Assembly (NCBI GenBank): GCA_937625935.1
Contig: OW569344.1
Span: forward strand, 310,001 to 374,000
DNA: 64,000 bases
Origin: Tetramitus jugosus
Lineage: Eukaryota; Protista; Heterolobosea
Direction of reading: 5' to 3'
Positions 10,683 through 21,350 of the stretch are shown in pieces. The translations under genes and the position numbers were made by a program. A model generated the notes under the pieces. The model worked only from the letters and a program-made list of their open reading frames with translations. It had not been told where the DNA came from and made no database searches. Within the stretch, counting starts at the first letter, position 1. Each line of letters opens with the position of its first letter.

Positions 10683-12230
10683 ATGTACGGTACGAGATTT
10701 ACGCCCATCCAGGTCACATGCAGCAAATGTGAAGAAAGTGTCAATCTCTCTGCTCCTATGAACAGCAACAACTATAACAGTGGGAGAAATGAATCCATCA
10801 TTGACAGTTTTGTCTTGTTGTCATCAGCTTCAAGGAACAATGGTGGTGGTGGCGGTTTTCATCAACCGAACAGTCACTATCACAATATTAATTCACCATC
10901 CATTGGTGGTGGTATGATGACAACCATGGACGAAGACGGAAATTCATACAAGAGAAAAACGAGCATTGCGACGATGCTTCATACATTGATGAGACATGTG
11001 GACGAGGATGGAGATGCTAACGATGATAATGATGATGGAATGGATGGTGATGAATTTGATTATTATGTGAATGATCGGACATATCATCATCGTCACAACA
11101 ACAACAACAAGAAACACCGCAATATGAGCAGTGAGTATGATGATGAGAGTTATGACGATAGTAGTTTTGATGAGCGTGATGGGGAGGATGGTGACGATGA
11201 TGATGATGACGCTTGGTCAAAAATTGATCAGAGTTTGATGCATCCTCTGTGCACCACGTGCATCAATCAATTGATGCGTTCCTTGGACGAAGAAGTTGAA
11301 CAGCTGCAGTCCGAAAATTTCATGTACGATAGACGATTGGCCCAATTCCGAGATGATCCACAATGTGTTTCTCTGAGTGAACTACAGAGGAATGCAAAAG
11401 TAGAGGAGGAACGAGAGAGACAATACTTGCAACAGTTGGATCAATTGCTCAAAGAGGAGAAGTCTCTGCGCGACACATTGGCCATACAAACTGCAGAGAG
11501 ACAGAGAATCATGAAGGAGCACAATTCTTTAATGAATACGTGTGCACAATTGGATCGAAGTCAGGGCAAATACTGGGGATGGTTCTTCTCTCAGATACGA
11601 TTCTATAGTGAGTGTATTGACGATGCAGAGTCGGCCCATAACTTGTCAAGTTTCATCGAATCAGAGTACAAGCGTCTGCAGCAACGTGTTTCCTTGCCCC
11701 TCATGTTCGATATTTGGTTCGATGGGGAGTTTGGAACCATCAATGGACTAAGATTAGGAAGATTAGATCCAAAGAGTATGGTTCGGGTTGAGTGGGAGGA
11801 GGTGAACGCGGCACTTGGGCACTGTTGTCTGTTGTTATCATTGATTGCCCAGAAGAGAAAGTTTTCGTTTGGCACGTATCGTCTTGTTCCATCAGCAAGC
11901 ACCTCAAAGATTATAGAGACAGAGTACGGGAAACAGCACGATCTCTACTATACATTGCCCAGAAACTTGTTATCTTTTAATCAGGCGATACGATGTTTTC
12001 TTGCCTGTGTTCATGAAATGTGTCTGTTTGTCGAGAGCCAGAGCACTCGTGTTGCAACCAACAGAACCAACAACTTGCAGAGATACCCAATGAATGATGA
12101 AGACGGAACAATAAGAGGTCTCAAGCTGGAATATTCAGTCGAGGATGAAGCCAAGTGGACGAAAGCGCTTCAGTCTCTCCTGATTAACATCAAATTCTTA
12201 CAGCGGGCCAAAGGACGCCCTGTTTTGTAA
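10683..12230 (+). CDS. ATG6: Beclin-1/Atg6/Vps30
   Basis: DSFVLL, HPLCTTC, long coiled coil, BARA domain FDIWFDGEFGTINGLRLGRL...VEWEEVNAALGHCCLLL...KWTKALQSLLINIK. Confidence 0.92.
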   Translation: MYGTRFTPIQVTCSKCEESVNLSAPMNSNNYNSGRNESIIDSFVLLSSASRNNGGGGGFHQPNSHYHNINSPSIGGGMMTTMDEDGNSYKRKTSIATMLHTLMRHVDEDGDANDDNDDGMDGDEFDYYVNDRTYHHRHNNNNKKHRNMSSEYDDESYDDSSFDERDGEDGDDDDDDAWSKIDQSLMHPLCTTCINQLMRSLDEEVEQLQSENFMYDRRLAQFRDDPQCVSLSELQRNAKVEEERERQYLQQLDQLLKEEKSLRDTLAIQTAERQRIMKEHNSLMNTCAQLDRSQGKYWGWFFSQIRFYSECIDDAESAHNLSSFIESEYKRLQQRVSLPLMFDIWFDGEFGTINGLRLGRLDPKSMVRVEWEEVNAALGHCCLLLSLIAQKRKFSFGTYRLVPSASTSKIIETEYGKQHDLYYTLPRNLLSFNQAIRCFLACVHEMCLFVESQSTRVATNRTNNLQRYPMNDEDGTIRGLKLEYSVEDEAKWTKALQSLLINIKFLQRAKGRPVL

Positions 12231-12304
12231 ATATTTTTTCACCCACATATTTTTCTCATTCCACGCAACATTTTACATGTAATCAATACGTGTCGTACTA
12301 TGTG

Positions 12305-12432
12305 TCAACAGGCTATTAAGTTAAACAAGCGTACCTGGTTTAAAAGAGGTTTGTTTCGTTCCCCAGCCTGAGACGACCTCACTACCCAAAACCGGTCTGA
12401 TCACAGTTAGACCATAGGGGAATACCACATTG
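12305..12432 (+). ncRNA. Box H/ACA snoRNA, predicted guide for the LSU pseudouridine in GGGAACG-U-GAGCU (yeast 25S 2944/snR37, human ACA10-type site)
   Basis: Hairpin 1: CAGGCT/AGCCTG lower stem, pocket ATTAAGTT/CGTTCCCC, upper stem AAACAA/TTGTTT. H box AGACGA (12371-12376) lies 14 nt from the pocket top. Hairpin 2 has a GGTCT/AGACC stem. ACA at 12427-12429. Confidence 0.72.
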
Positions 12433-12487
12433 AACAACACAACATAAAATATGTGAGGAACACGCAATCGAATGCATTTTTTCTTTT

Positions 12488-14392
12488 TTACTGGAGGAAT
12501 GGATGTCCCAGCGCTTGTCGTGCCGTCATTCGCTTCGCAGGATCAATTGTCAGTGCCTTCTCAAGGAGATCAGCCAACTGGACCACCCTCCTTCGAACTG
12601 CTTCATCCTCTGAAGACAGCGTAGCATTCAATAAATCAGTTTTCAAATCCCGAGTCTTTTGTGGCATCATTGGTCGAATGATGGTCCGCTTAGTGGCATT
12701 ATCTGTGTCTTGGTACAGAAAACGGTTCTCCTTGTCAAAGTGATGATCCCTGAGCAGACATTTGCCCAGCATCTTGTTTGCAATCTTTCCCTTGTAGTCC
12801 ATGATCAACTTAAGTTGGTGATTATTGCTCTTGGATGGAAACAGAATCTTTCCTGTGTACAGTTCATAAATAGTGCAAGCCACACTCCATACATCAATCG
12901 CATAATCGTACTTCATGCCTAGAATGACCTCTGGTGCACGATAGAATCGACTGACAAGATAGGGCATTATTGCATTTTCATTCGCACGGCACGCACTACC
13001 AAAATCACCCAGTCGTATCTGTGTGTTCGTCCGATCCACCACCATAATATTGTCAGGTTTGATATCCGCATGCAAAATGCCACACCTTTCCAACAGTGTC
13101 AACGCCATGAACAATTGTTTTGTGTACAGCTGAACCGCATCCAAATGAATGCCCGTCTCCTTGCCCTGCACCTTGCCAAACGTGCTCACAACCTGTCTCA
13201 GATTCATCTCCAACGCATCAAACACGATACACAGATGATTTCGGTAGGTGAAGAAATCTCTGATGCGTACGCAGTGACACTCATCATTCACATCCTCTTG
13301 CACCAACAGTTTCAACAGCTCAATTTCCTTGAGACCTGATTTTCTCATTGATTCATTGTTTCGAATCATTTTAATCGCTACAATTTCACCATCACCATCA
13401 TTATTATCATCATGCTCATTCTTGTTCTTTTGTTGTTGACAATCGATTGCTTTTAAAACAACACTAAACACACCTTTTCCATAGGACCCGACAATGCGAT
13501 AACGATCATTGTGAATCAATTCAGAGATTGAGAATTTGTAATAGGCTTCTTCATCATCCCAATTGGCAGACAAGTGTTGCTGATGATGATGTTGTTGTTG
13601 TTGTTCTGATGATAATGATGATGCTTGTTGATGGCCACTGAGTCTGTTGATCTTGGTGACTTCATTGCTTGTTGTTGTTGTTGTTGTTGATGGAGAATCA
13701 GAGCTAAACATGTCAAACAATGGAGATTCACTTCCATTTTCCATGTTGTCATTGTCTTTTCTCTTGTTGTTATTATGAACATTATCGTTATCCACATGAT
13801 TTATTCTAGTAGTATTAATATGATTATCATTGTTGTTGTGATTAGTAGTATTACTCACAACACTGTTCAATGATTTCTTGTTGTTCTCTGTTTGCTTGTC
13901 AATACTTGTTCCGAGAGAGGGGATGGGAGCGTCTTTTTCTTCTTCCTTCGTCTTCTCCAATAATGATGATGATGATGCTTGTTGTTGTTGTTGTTCCAAT
14001 TGTTGAATTCGTAGTCTTCTCTTCTCTCTCAACAGTCGAATCTGGTCTTCTTCACTTGATATCTTTTTTGAATGATTGCTACTCTTCTTGTTGTTGTTGT
14101 TGTTGTTAGTTGGATTGCCTAATGGTTCTTGTTGTTGTTGTTGTTGTTGAATTTGTTTGAGTTGAGATTCGACGCGTTGAACATAGGATAGATGATCAGA
14201 ATCAACATCTCGAGTATGTTGACTGTTATTATGGTTGTGGTTGTGGTTGTTGTTGTTGTTTCCGTTGTGGTTGTTGTTGTTGTGATCAATTGTTGTTCTT
14301 GTTCGTTTCAATGGATATGAGTCATTGTGGTTGTTGTGATGGTAGTCACTTCGTTTTCGCTTGTTATATTCGGCAGAGTGTGAATTCATCAT
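12488..14392 (-). CDS. PRPF4B: Pre-mRNA splicing kinase PRP4K
   Basis: NWDDEEAYY, GKGVFSVV, AIKMIRNNESMRKSGLKE, ILHADIKPDN, DFGSA, PYLVSRFYRAPE. Low-complexity N-terminus. Confidence 0.93.
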   Translation of the reverse strand: MMNSHSAEYNKRKRSDYHHNNHNDSYPLKRTRTTIDHNNNNHNGNNNNNHNHNHNNSQHTRDVDSDHLSYVQRVESQLKQIQQQQQQQEPLGNPTNNNNNNKKSSNHSKKISSEEDQIRLLREKRRLRIQQLEQQQQQASSSSLLEKTKEEEKDAPIPSLGTSIDKQTENNKKSLNSVVSNTTNHNNNDNHINTTRINHVDNDNVHNNNKRKDNDNMENGSESPLFDMFSSDSPSTTTTTTSNEVTKINRLSGHQQASSLSSEQQQQHHHQQHLSANWDDEEAYYKFSISELIHNDRYRIVGSYGKGVFSVVLKAIDCQQQKNKNEHDDNNDGDGEIVAIKMIRNNESMRKSGLKEIELLKLLVQEDVNDECHCVRIRDFFTYRNHLCIVFDALEMNLRQVVSTFGKVQGKETGIHLDAVQLYTKQLFMALTLLERCGILHADIKPDNIMVVDRTNTQIRLGDFGSACRANENAIMPYLVSRFYRAPEVILGMKYDYAIDVWSVACTIYELYTGKILFPSKSNNHQLKLIMDYKGKIANKMLGKCLLRDHHFDKENRFLYQDTDNATKRTIIRPMMPQKTRDLKTDLLNATLSSEDEAVRRRVVQLADLLEKALTIDPAKRMTARQALGHPFLQ

Positions 14393-14552
14393 AAATGTTG
14401 TTGTACTAGTTGTTTTTGTTTGTCAAAAAAGATTGTTGAATTCTTGCAATGACTTGACTTGTAATTTCTGCCTCATCTGTGCATGGATTCTGGTTGAACC
14501 TGGACGGGAAAATCTTTCACAAAGAACGGAGAAAACAACAAACCAGATCATC

Positions 14553-15344
14553 ATGACAACAATCACAGGTGGTGCTAGCTTACTGAACAAGGTGGTGATT
14601 GTGACAGGTGTCTCCAGGGGCATTGGTAATCATGTTGCAAAACTGTTTCACTCTCAAGGGGCCAAGGTCATTGGAGTCTCTCGCACTTCAATGCTCACTT
14701 CCATCTCACAGCATGAGGAAGCAACACATGTCGTTGTTGAAGGACAACATCCTTCTCATGCTCAGCACCATCACCACTCCTATCTGAGTGATCACTATGC
14801 AATCAATGTAGGTGACTATGATGCTGTGAATCACATGTTTAGAGAGATCAAGAACAAACACAGTGCAGCACATGTGCTTGTGAATTGTGCAGGTGTTTCG
14901 AAGGATGCATTGTTTGCGAGGCTGAATCACCATGATATTAGAGATATGATTGGTGTGAATCTAGAGGGAACGATATACATGTCCAGAGCATTTACCAAGC
15001 TGGCAATGACACTGAAGAATCAAGTAGATGATTTTTCAATTACGAATGTTGGCTCTCCGGTCGGCTCTCTCATGTTTCCTACTGGAACCAGCGTGTATGC
15101 AACGACAAAGGCCGCACTGAACGGGCTCACAAAATCATTGAGTGCAGAGTTGTTGCCATATGGAATTAGAGTCAATATGGTGCGACCTGGATTTGTGAGA
15201 ACCGATATGACAAAGAGTATTGATTTTGAGGCACGAGGATTAAAGGAGACAAACATTGATGATGTAGCAAATGCAATTTTGTATCTATCGACGAACAAGG
15301 GAATGAATGGATGTATTATGGATGTAAACTCGGGCCTCGCATAA
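14553..15344 (+). CDS. Short-chain dehydrogenase/reductase, 3-oxoacyl-ACP reductase (FabG/CBR4)-like
   Basis: VTGVSRGIG, LVNCAGVSKD, YATTKAAL, GIRVNMVRPGFVRTDMT. ATG at 14553. Confidence 0.85.
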   Translation: MTTITGGASLLNKVVIVTGVSRGIGNHVAKLFHSQGAKVIGVSRTSMLTSISQHEEATHVVVEGQHPSHAQHHHHSYLSDHYAINVGDYDAVNHMFREIKNKHSAAHVLVNCAGVSKDALFARLNHHDIRDMIGVNLEGTIYMSRAFTKLAMTLKNQVDDFSITNVGSPVGSLMFPTGTSVYATTKAALNGLTKSLSAELLPYGIRVNMVRPGFVRTDMTKSIDFEARGLKETNIDDVANAILYLSTNKGMNGCIMDVNSGLA

Positions 15345-15348
15345 TTTA

Positions 15349-18300
15349 TTATTGACCAAAGAATCCCTTGACAAATCCAGAGAATCCACCACTGCTTTTT
15401 GTTGCGCGATGTTCTCGAGTGTCTGTTGTTGTTTGTGGCATTGAGATTTTCACTTCTGAGATCTCTTCCTTAACTGTGCTGGCATAAGACTGTTTGGATT
15501 CCTTTCGTGCCAGAGGTAATAGCGAAAAGTTAGTTCCTGGGTTTTGCAATTTCAAGAATGAATCTTCAATATTAGGCAATTCTGCTTGATTGTCCTGCTT
15601 TCTTCTCTGCTGGCTCATATACTGCCTTGCTACACCAAGGGGAGAGAATAGTCGATTTCGCATCACACAATCAGCCAGAATGTTCGTAAATATCTTCTCA
15701 TAAATCTCCCAATTAATGGGATCAATTTGATTCAAGATAAGTTCGACCAGCGAAACATAGCATTTCTCATAACTTGTGAGCTGTTCGGAATGTTGCTTCA
15801 GCTGCAATCGTTCAAAACTTGTTCCAAGCAACACATCACCCAAAAATCGAACATCAAATAACATTTGAATGTATCCCTCTTCGTTTAAGTTGATTGCTTC
15901 GTTCTGAACATAGTCGATAGTATCGTCACTGTTGGATGTCTGTAGGACAAAATTCAGGAAGTTTGTATAAAATTGGAATATGTCGTCTCCGAGTTGGAAC
16001 GACAGCTTCCTGAGCACTGCTTTTTGAACTTCAAATGCGCCTATTGAGTAAAGTCCGACATTCACACTATGTAGGGCTGCATGAATATAGCTAGATGGAT
16101 GAAGTGGAAGTAAAATAAGTTCCTTCAAGTTATCCTCTGATATGTCCAACGTAATTTCATGCCACAGCTCCTTTCTTGATACTTCTTTCCAATTCTCACA
16201 CTTCACCGCTTCAGCAATCCCTTTCACAAAATTATCACTTATTGATGTGATCCAACTACGGTGAGCTGAAAGATATAGAGAATCTAGTGTTTGTTCCAAG
16301 TCGAATAGTTTCAAGATAGGATCTGTATCTTTCTCTTCGTTATTTTTTTGAATTCTTAACCATTTCTGTCTCTTCTTCAATAGTTGAGTCATCGAATTCG
16401 ACTTGATGTATAAACTATTTTCTCTACTATCATTCGCATGATTAATAAGTTCATTAACAATATCAAAAATGCATGACTTGATGCTTTGGCAAACATATGC
16501 CAAGAAGAGTTCATGATCTATATTCTGTACCGAATTCTCAATCTCGTTTTCAATGTTGTTGCATATACGACCAATCGCCGTGAAGAAATTTTCATAAAGA
16601 ACCTTTTCAACTTCTCCTTCCTTGTCGTCATGAGTAAGAAGAGAACTAGCACGATCAGAAACCTTAGAGGTTGTTTCAGCTCTTTCTCTCTTCACAAAAA
16701 GGAATAAATCCTCAACAATGGGTTTAAGTTGCTTTTGGAACAGCTCAACACCTACAACACTCTTGATCCTATCATTGATACCTGAGATAAATATATCAAG
16801 AGAAAACTTGTTTGATCCAATTTCTTCGACAGCCTGAGTATGGAACTGAGAATATGGATTCGAAACAACAGTTTCATACTTTATCCTTTGATAGTATCGA
16901 TTAATCATGTCTTCGTCAGATAGAACAAAAGTATTCCACAATTTCTCTCCAATATTGCTATGTTCCTGATCTCTCTTCTCGAGCACTAAAAATACAGTAG
17001 AGAACTTAAATTGAATAATACTTTTCTCTCTATTGAGGAATAACACATGGACATCATCCCATATGAAACTCTTATGTGCAGATAGAACGTCATTAAAGAT
17101 AGATTTGATAGGTATACACGATTGGTAATGTTCTTGTCCAATATCATAATAATTGAACACATATTTGCGGGTTACATCTTCCAGCTGAGTTAGCTCCGAT
17201 GCATTGTCGATTTTTTCTGTCACATATTGTAGAATTCGCTTCACCATGGGCAAGACTTCATTGACCCAATTATCACATAACGTTTTGATTTGTTCTCTAT
17301 TCAGTAACTTAATGTTGGCGAATTGATAATTAATATTCTTCATGTTATCAACCAGTGCATCAAATCGCTCCTCATATAGAGTCTTGTACAACTTCCTCTC
17401 GGCATCAGATGTAAACAAACAATTGCGAAGCACAGCGGGCGCGATCATCATCATTTTTAGCAAGCCGCACCCAGAACACTCCACATCAAAAATGACATGC
17501 GATAGCAATAGAGTTGAGTGGAAGCAGTCCAATGCTAAAATGGCTTTCTCAATATATTGTCCATCTTGTACAGTTGTTAGAATACCTGATATCAACTGTT
17601 TTCTCATCTGTAGAAAGTATCGTAACAAATTCTCTGACGATTTTTCATTCTCTTCAATGCTGTTCTTCAGCAACAAAACAACACACAGGCACTGAGTGTA
17701 TTCCTTTGGTTTGTCAATGAATCAGAAGTGTGAGTCAATGGTGCACATGCAACAAAACAAACTTGAACAACAACAATAGTACTTACCACGTCCATCAGAT
17801 TCACTTGTTTTAACTTGGCCTCACAAATCTCGATTACTCTCAACTTGTCATATTCAATTGACGCTATTTTTGAATCAAGAAAAGCGTATTGCTTTCTTTG
17901 TTCGATTGTCAACTGACGACGATACATGTGATCAGTCGAAAGATAACAGACACAGAAATCAAAATAGTACTCCTTGTTACGACATATGAAACTCTGATTG
18001 AATCCGCAATGACACAATGTCAGTTCACTACATTCTATATTCACTCTCACTCACACGTAGAAACAAACAAGCATCTCACATACCAAATTCAACAGATCCA
18101 ACAACTCTCTGACGCAATTCATGACTCTTGTTGTCTCATTTTCATAGTCATGATGACTGCTCTTTTGATGCGATGTGATTTGTTCTTGATTCTTTTGAGT
18201 CATGATCGATAAAGATTCAATGTGTTGAATCCTATGTGAAACATGATCCAGGTTCATAGTGCACGAGTCACACAATTCCTTAATTTTAAGAATGCCATCC

Positions 18301-18593
18301 GATGCATCAATCAAGTCATGATAACGTTCACCGACTAAGCTTCTCAAATCATTTTGTTTCGCTTGACATTCATCTCTATTAGATATGTTTATAAGCAAGA
18401 TGGATGTATGTAGTTAGTATATTGATTAATTAGTCATTCGATGATCATTATTGTTTGAAACATACTTTGTTTTATCATAAATGGCACGAATGTCTTTGAG
18501 AGAACGTTTGAGAAACAATTCTTCAATTGTAGTTGTCGTAGCAGCATCAGAGGATGATGTGGAGGAGGATGGATAGGGTTTGGTGGGACTCAT
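15349..18593 (-). CDS. COG1: Conserved oligomeric Golgi complex subunit 1 (3 introns)
   Basis: ATG 18593. Vps51-type N-terminus IEELFLKRSLKDIR...DLRSLVGERYHDLIDASD. C-terminal YIQMLFDVRFL and IDPINWEIYE. GTATGT/GTATGT/GTAAGT introns join the ORF-track fragments in frame. Confidence 0.8.
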
Positions 18594-18728
18594 ATATAAC
18601 TATATCATACACACAGAACTGGTGCATTCAACGATTGTTTTATTCTGTTGTTTTTTGTGATCAAGTTTGATGGGCGGAGAAACGAGAACAAAATCTGGTG
18701 AAATTTACAGAAAACACGAACACAGAAA

Positions 18729-19384
18729 ATGGGGAGCTCTTACACTCAAATCGAGCTCTTGAAGAATTTGCTGGACTCTGATAAAGATTCAATCTCGAAT
18801 GAGATGGAAAGTAGTGGAATGACCATGAACGAGGAAGGTTATGAACCTCCACCACAGGCCCTGAGTGTGGGTCAATTGATGAAACATGTTCCAACCAACA
18901 AACCAAAAACGAAAAAGAAAGTGGTGGACAAGAATGCCATTTGGGAGGATGAAGAGGTTCCAGAGGTTACCATTCCTCTCACGTTTTTGGAACAAGACAC
19001 CAGAGAAAGACCCCAATACGAAATTCTATACAAGCAGAAGGTTGGTTTGCACGATGTTTATCTCGGATTGGACTTTGAAAAAGATCCATCGACATCGGCA
19101 GCAGATTCATTGACTGTAAAAATACATCTTCCGAAAGAGACAAATACTGAGGAAGCCAATTTGGACATTACATCCTATTCTCTAGCTCTGACATCAAGTA
19201 ACTAGTAAGTACAAGGTACACGAGTTTTAAATTTTTCAGATATTTAAATTGACTTATCCAATCGATGAACAGCAAACTGTTTATCAGCTTGCCGGATTCA
19301 GTTCATGAAAACCAGGGAGTGGCCACATGGGAACCCAAGAGTCATACACTCACAGTTTCCATTCCTATCAATCAAAATGCATAG
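18729..19384 (+). CDS. DNAAF6: Axonemal dynein assembly factor PIH1D3/DNAAF6
   Basis: AIWEDEEV...DTRERPQYEILYKQKVGLHDVYLGLDFEKDPST...LTVKIHLP. Intron 19205-19272, then YKLFISLPDSVHENQGVATWEPKSHTLTVSIP and TAG at 19382-19384. Confidence 0.85.
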
Positions 19385-19385
19385 C

Positions 19386-20792
19386 TTATGCACTTTGATC
19401 AGTAACACTAAAACCACCACCAGTCTGCTCTCCATAGGACTGAACAGTGTTACCACCGAGTAGAAAGCTGCTTTCTTCACCTTCTCCCTCCAGGATACTT
19501 GCTTGCTTTAGTGCTAAAGCCTCCTGCTCTTGTTTCCCTTCTCTATGCTTTGCGAAAGCAACTAAAATAACCCCAGCACCAATTGCCAGAGCACCGGGTA
19601 TTGCCCATGGAGTGGTCGTTTCTCCACGGAAAACATAAAGGAATATTGCGCTATATACAGGAGCAGTTGTGTTGTAGATGGCGACAATAGTTGGTGTTGT
19701 ATGTTTGGATGCAAATGAACTTATAACAAATGCTAATGTTCCAATCACCAAACCACCATAGAGAAGTCCCAGCCATGCTTTCAATGGTATGACAGCAAAT
19801 TCAATAATACGAAAGAAATAAGCACCAACCACCATTGAAATTCCAAATGAAATCGAGAACGTCCATGCAACAAACGTAACAGGTGGCATACCCCTGCTAA
19901 GCAATGTTTTTTGAGTCACCAAGAACAGGGCAATGATAACGGAATTGGAGAGTTCTAGTAAAGCACCGGCAATCTTCTCAAAAGATGTGTGTTCGTCTGT
20001 TCCCTTGTGTTCACTCTTTCTGTCAATGAGAGTAATGGTCAACAGTGTGCCAATCGATCCTAACACAGCCAAGAGCACACCCAACACCTTTGCGATGGAA
20101 ACACCTTCTCTACGTAACAAAACAGAGAAGAAGCAAGCAAATGCAGACATAGTGGGCTGTAAGATTGCTACGATTGTGTATGGAGCTAACTTTACAGCCA
20201 GCACATAACTAAACACGCCATAGGCCATCAATGAACCAGCAAGAAACAATAACAGTCCATCTTGCCAATCTGGAATTCGTATCATTGAGAATGGCCAAGG
20301 ACATTCTCTATCATCCGTCATTAGTTGTTGCTGATCATTGTTATCATTGTCCAATGATGATGACGATGACGGCAATGGTAACGATGGAGGTTGAATATTG
20401 TTATCTCCACTTCCATCATGAGTTTCCTCTTGATCGACAAAGCCACCATCAACAACGACAATTGATGCCGCTGCAGTACTTGAACTCTTGGATGATCCCT
20501 TGAACCAATAGTGACTCTCTAGCATTGTTGCCAACAGTGTACTCGTGGTTCCAATGAGAAAGATTCTTCCCACAGCAAAAACAAATGGATGGATAAAGGC
20601 AAGTGAAATGGGACCAATCACACCAAATGCTCCATAGAGTGACTGATTAAACACAAGCAACAAGTGAATCACTGGTTGCGATGTGAAAATCCAAGACAAG
20701 AGAGAAAAGAAACCGCGACGAGTGGATTTTGTTGGGCGAGTGCCATCGTCATTTATTCCTAGTGGTGGTACAACTGTTTCCTCCAAAGTCAT
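19386..20792 (-). CDS. EamA/DMT family transporter (WAT1-related)
   Basis: About 10 hydrophobic segments in two repeats. LRREGVSIAKVLGVLLAVLG, TPTIVAIYNTTAPVYSAIFLYVFRGE. Confidence 0.85.
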   Translation of the reverse strand: MTLEETVVPPLGINDDGTRPTKSTRRGFFSLLSWIFTSQPVIHLLLVFNQSLYGAFGVIGPISLAFIHPFVFAVGRIFLIGTTSTLLATMLESHYWFKGSSKSSSTAAASIVVVDGGFVDQEETHDGSGDNNIQPPSLPLPSSSSSLDNDNNDQQQLMTDDRECPWPFSMIRIPDWQDGLLLFLAGSLMAYGVFSYVLAVKLAPYTIVAILQPTMSAFACFFSVLLRREGVSIAKVLGVLLAVLGSIGTLLTITLIDRKSEHKGTDEHTSFEKIAGALLELSNSVIIALFLVTQKTLLSRGMPPVTFVAWTFSISFGISMVVGAYFFRIIEFAVIPLKAWLGLLYGGLVIGTLAFVISSFASKHTTPTIVAIYNTTAPVYSAIFLYVFRGETTTPWAIPGALAIGAGVILVAFAKHREGKQEQEALALKQASILEGEGEESSFLLGGNTVQSYGEQTGGGFSVTDQSA

Positions 20793-21350
20793 TCAATTGC
20801 TATTGATTTTGTTGTTTATGATGACGTCGTTGTTGTCTCCAGATGTTGTCGTGCGACGTGTTGACAAGGAATTACCGCGGACATGACGAATAACTGTTTA
20901 GGATATTCGAGCGTCCTCAGAATACAATAAGACAAACATCCTCGAGAAAGAAAGACAGTAGGTAACCATTAAACCACTTCCTGTCTCTCATTTTCTGCTT
21001 GGGTCACAACACTTGCACAATGCAAGGAAACAATTGGGATGCGAGAATTTTTTCTTCGACAAAACATCTTCTAAATCGAGTCCTCTCATACACCTTGGAC
21101 AGTAGACGAACTAGGAATTCACGGTGGATATCAGACAAACTCTGTCTCAAGTCCGGATCCATCCGGATCATATGATCGAGGAAAAATTCGTGGATTTTGA
21201 GCCTTCAAGCGGAGTGAAGTCGGAGAGTCAAATTTTTTACCGTTACAAGTCAGTTGCCAAAGCTTGGTTCGATACTTTTCTTTATCTTGAATGTTTTGTC
21301 ACAGCAACAGACAAAAACAATCCAACACCAACAACAAACTGACAAGAAGC

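Noticed and set aside
12359-12422. Pseudoknot (TTCCCC/GGGGAA) suggesting telomerase RNA, RNase MRP or an HDV-like ribozyme
   Set aside because: The conserved cores of those RNAs are absent, and the H/ACA model explains the region, including box spacing and an rRNA target.
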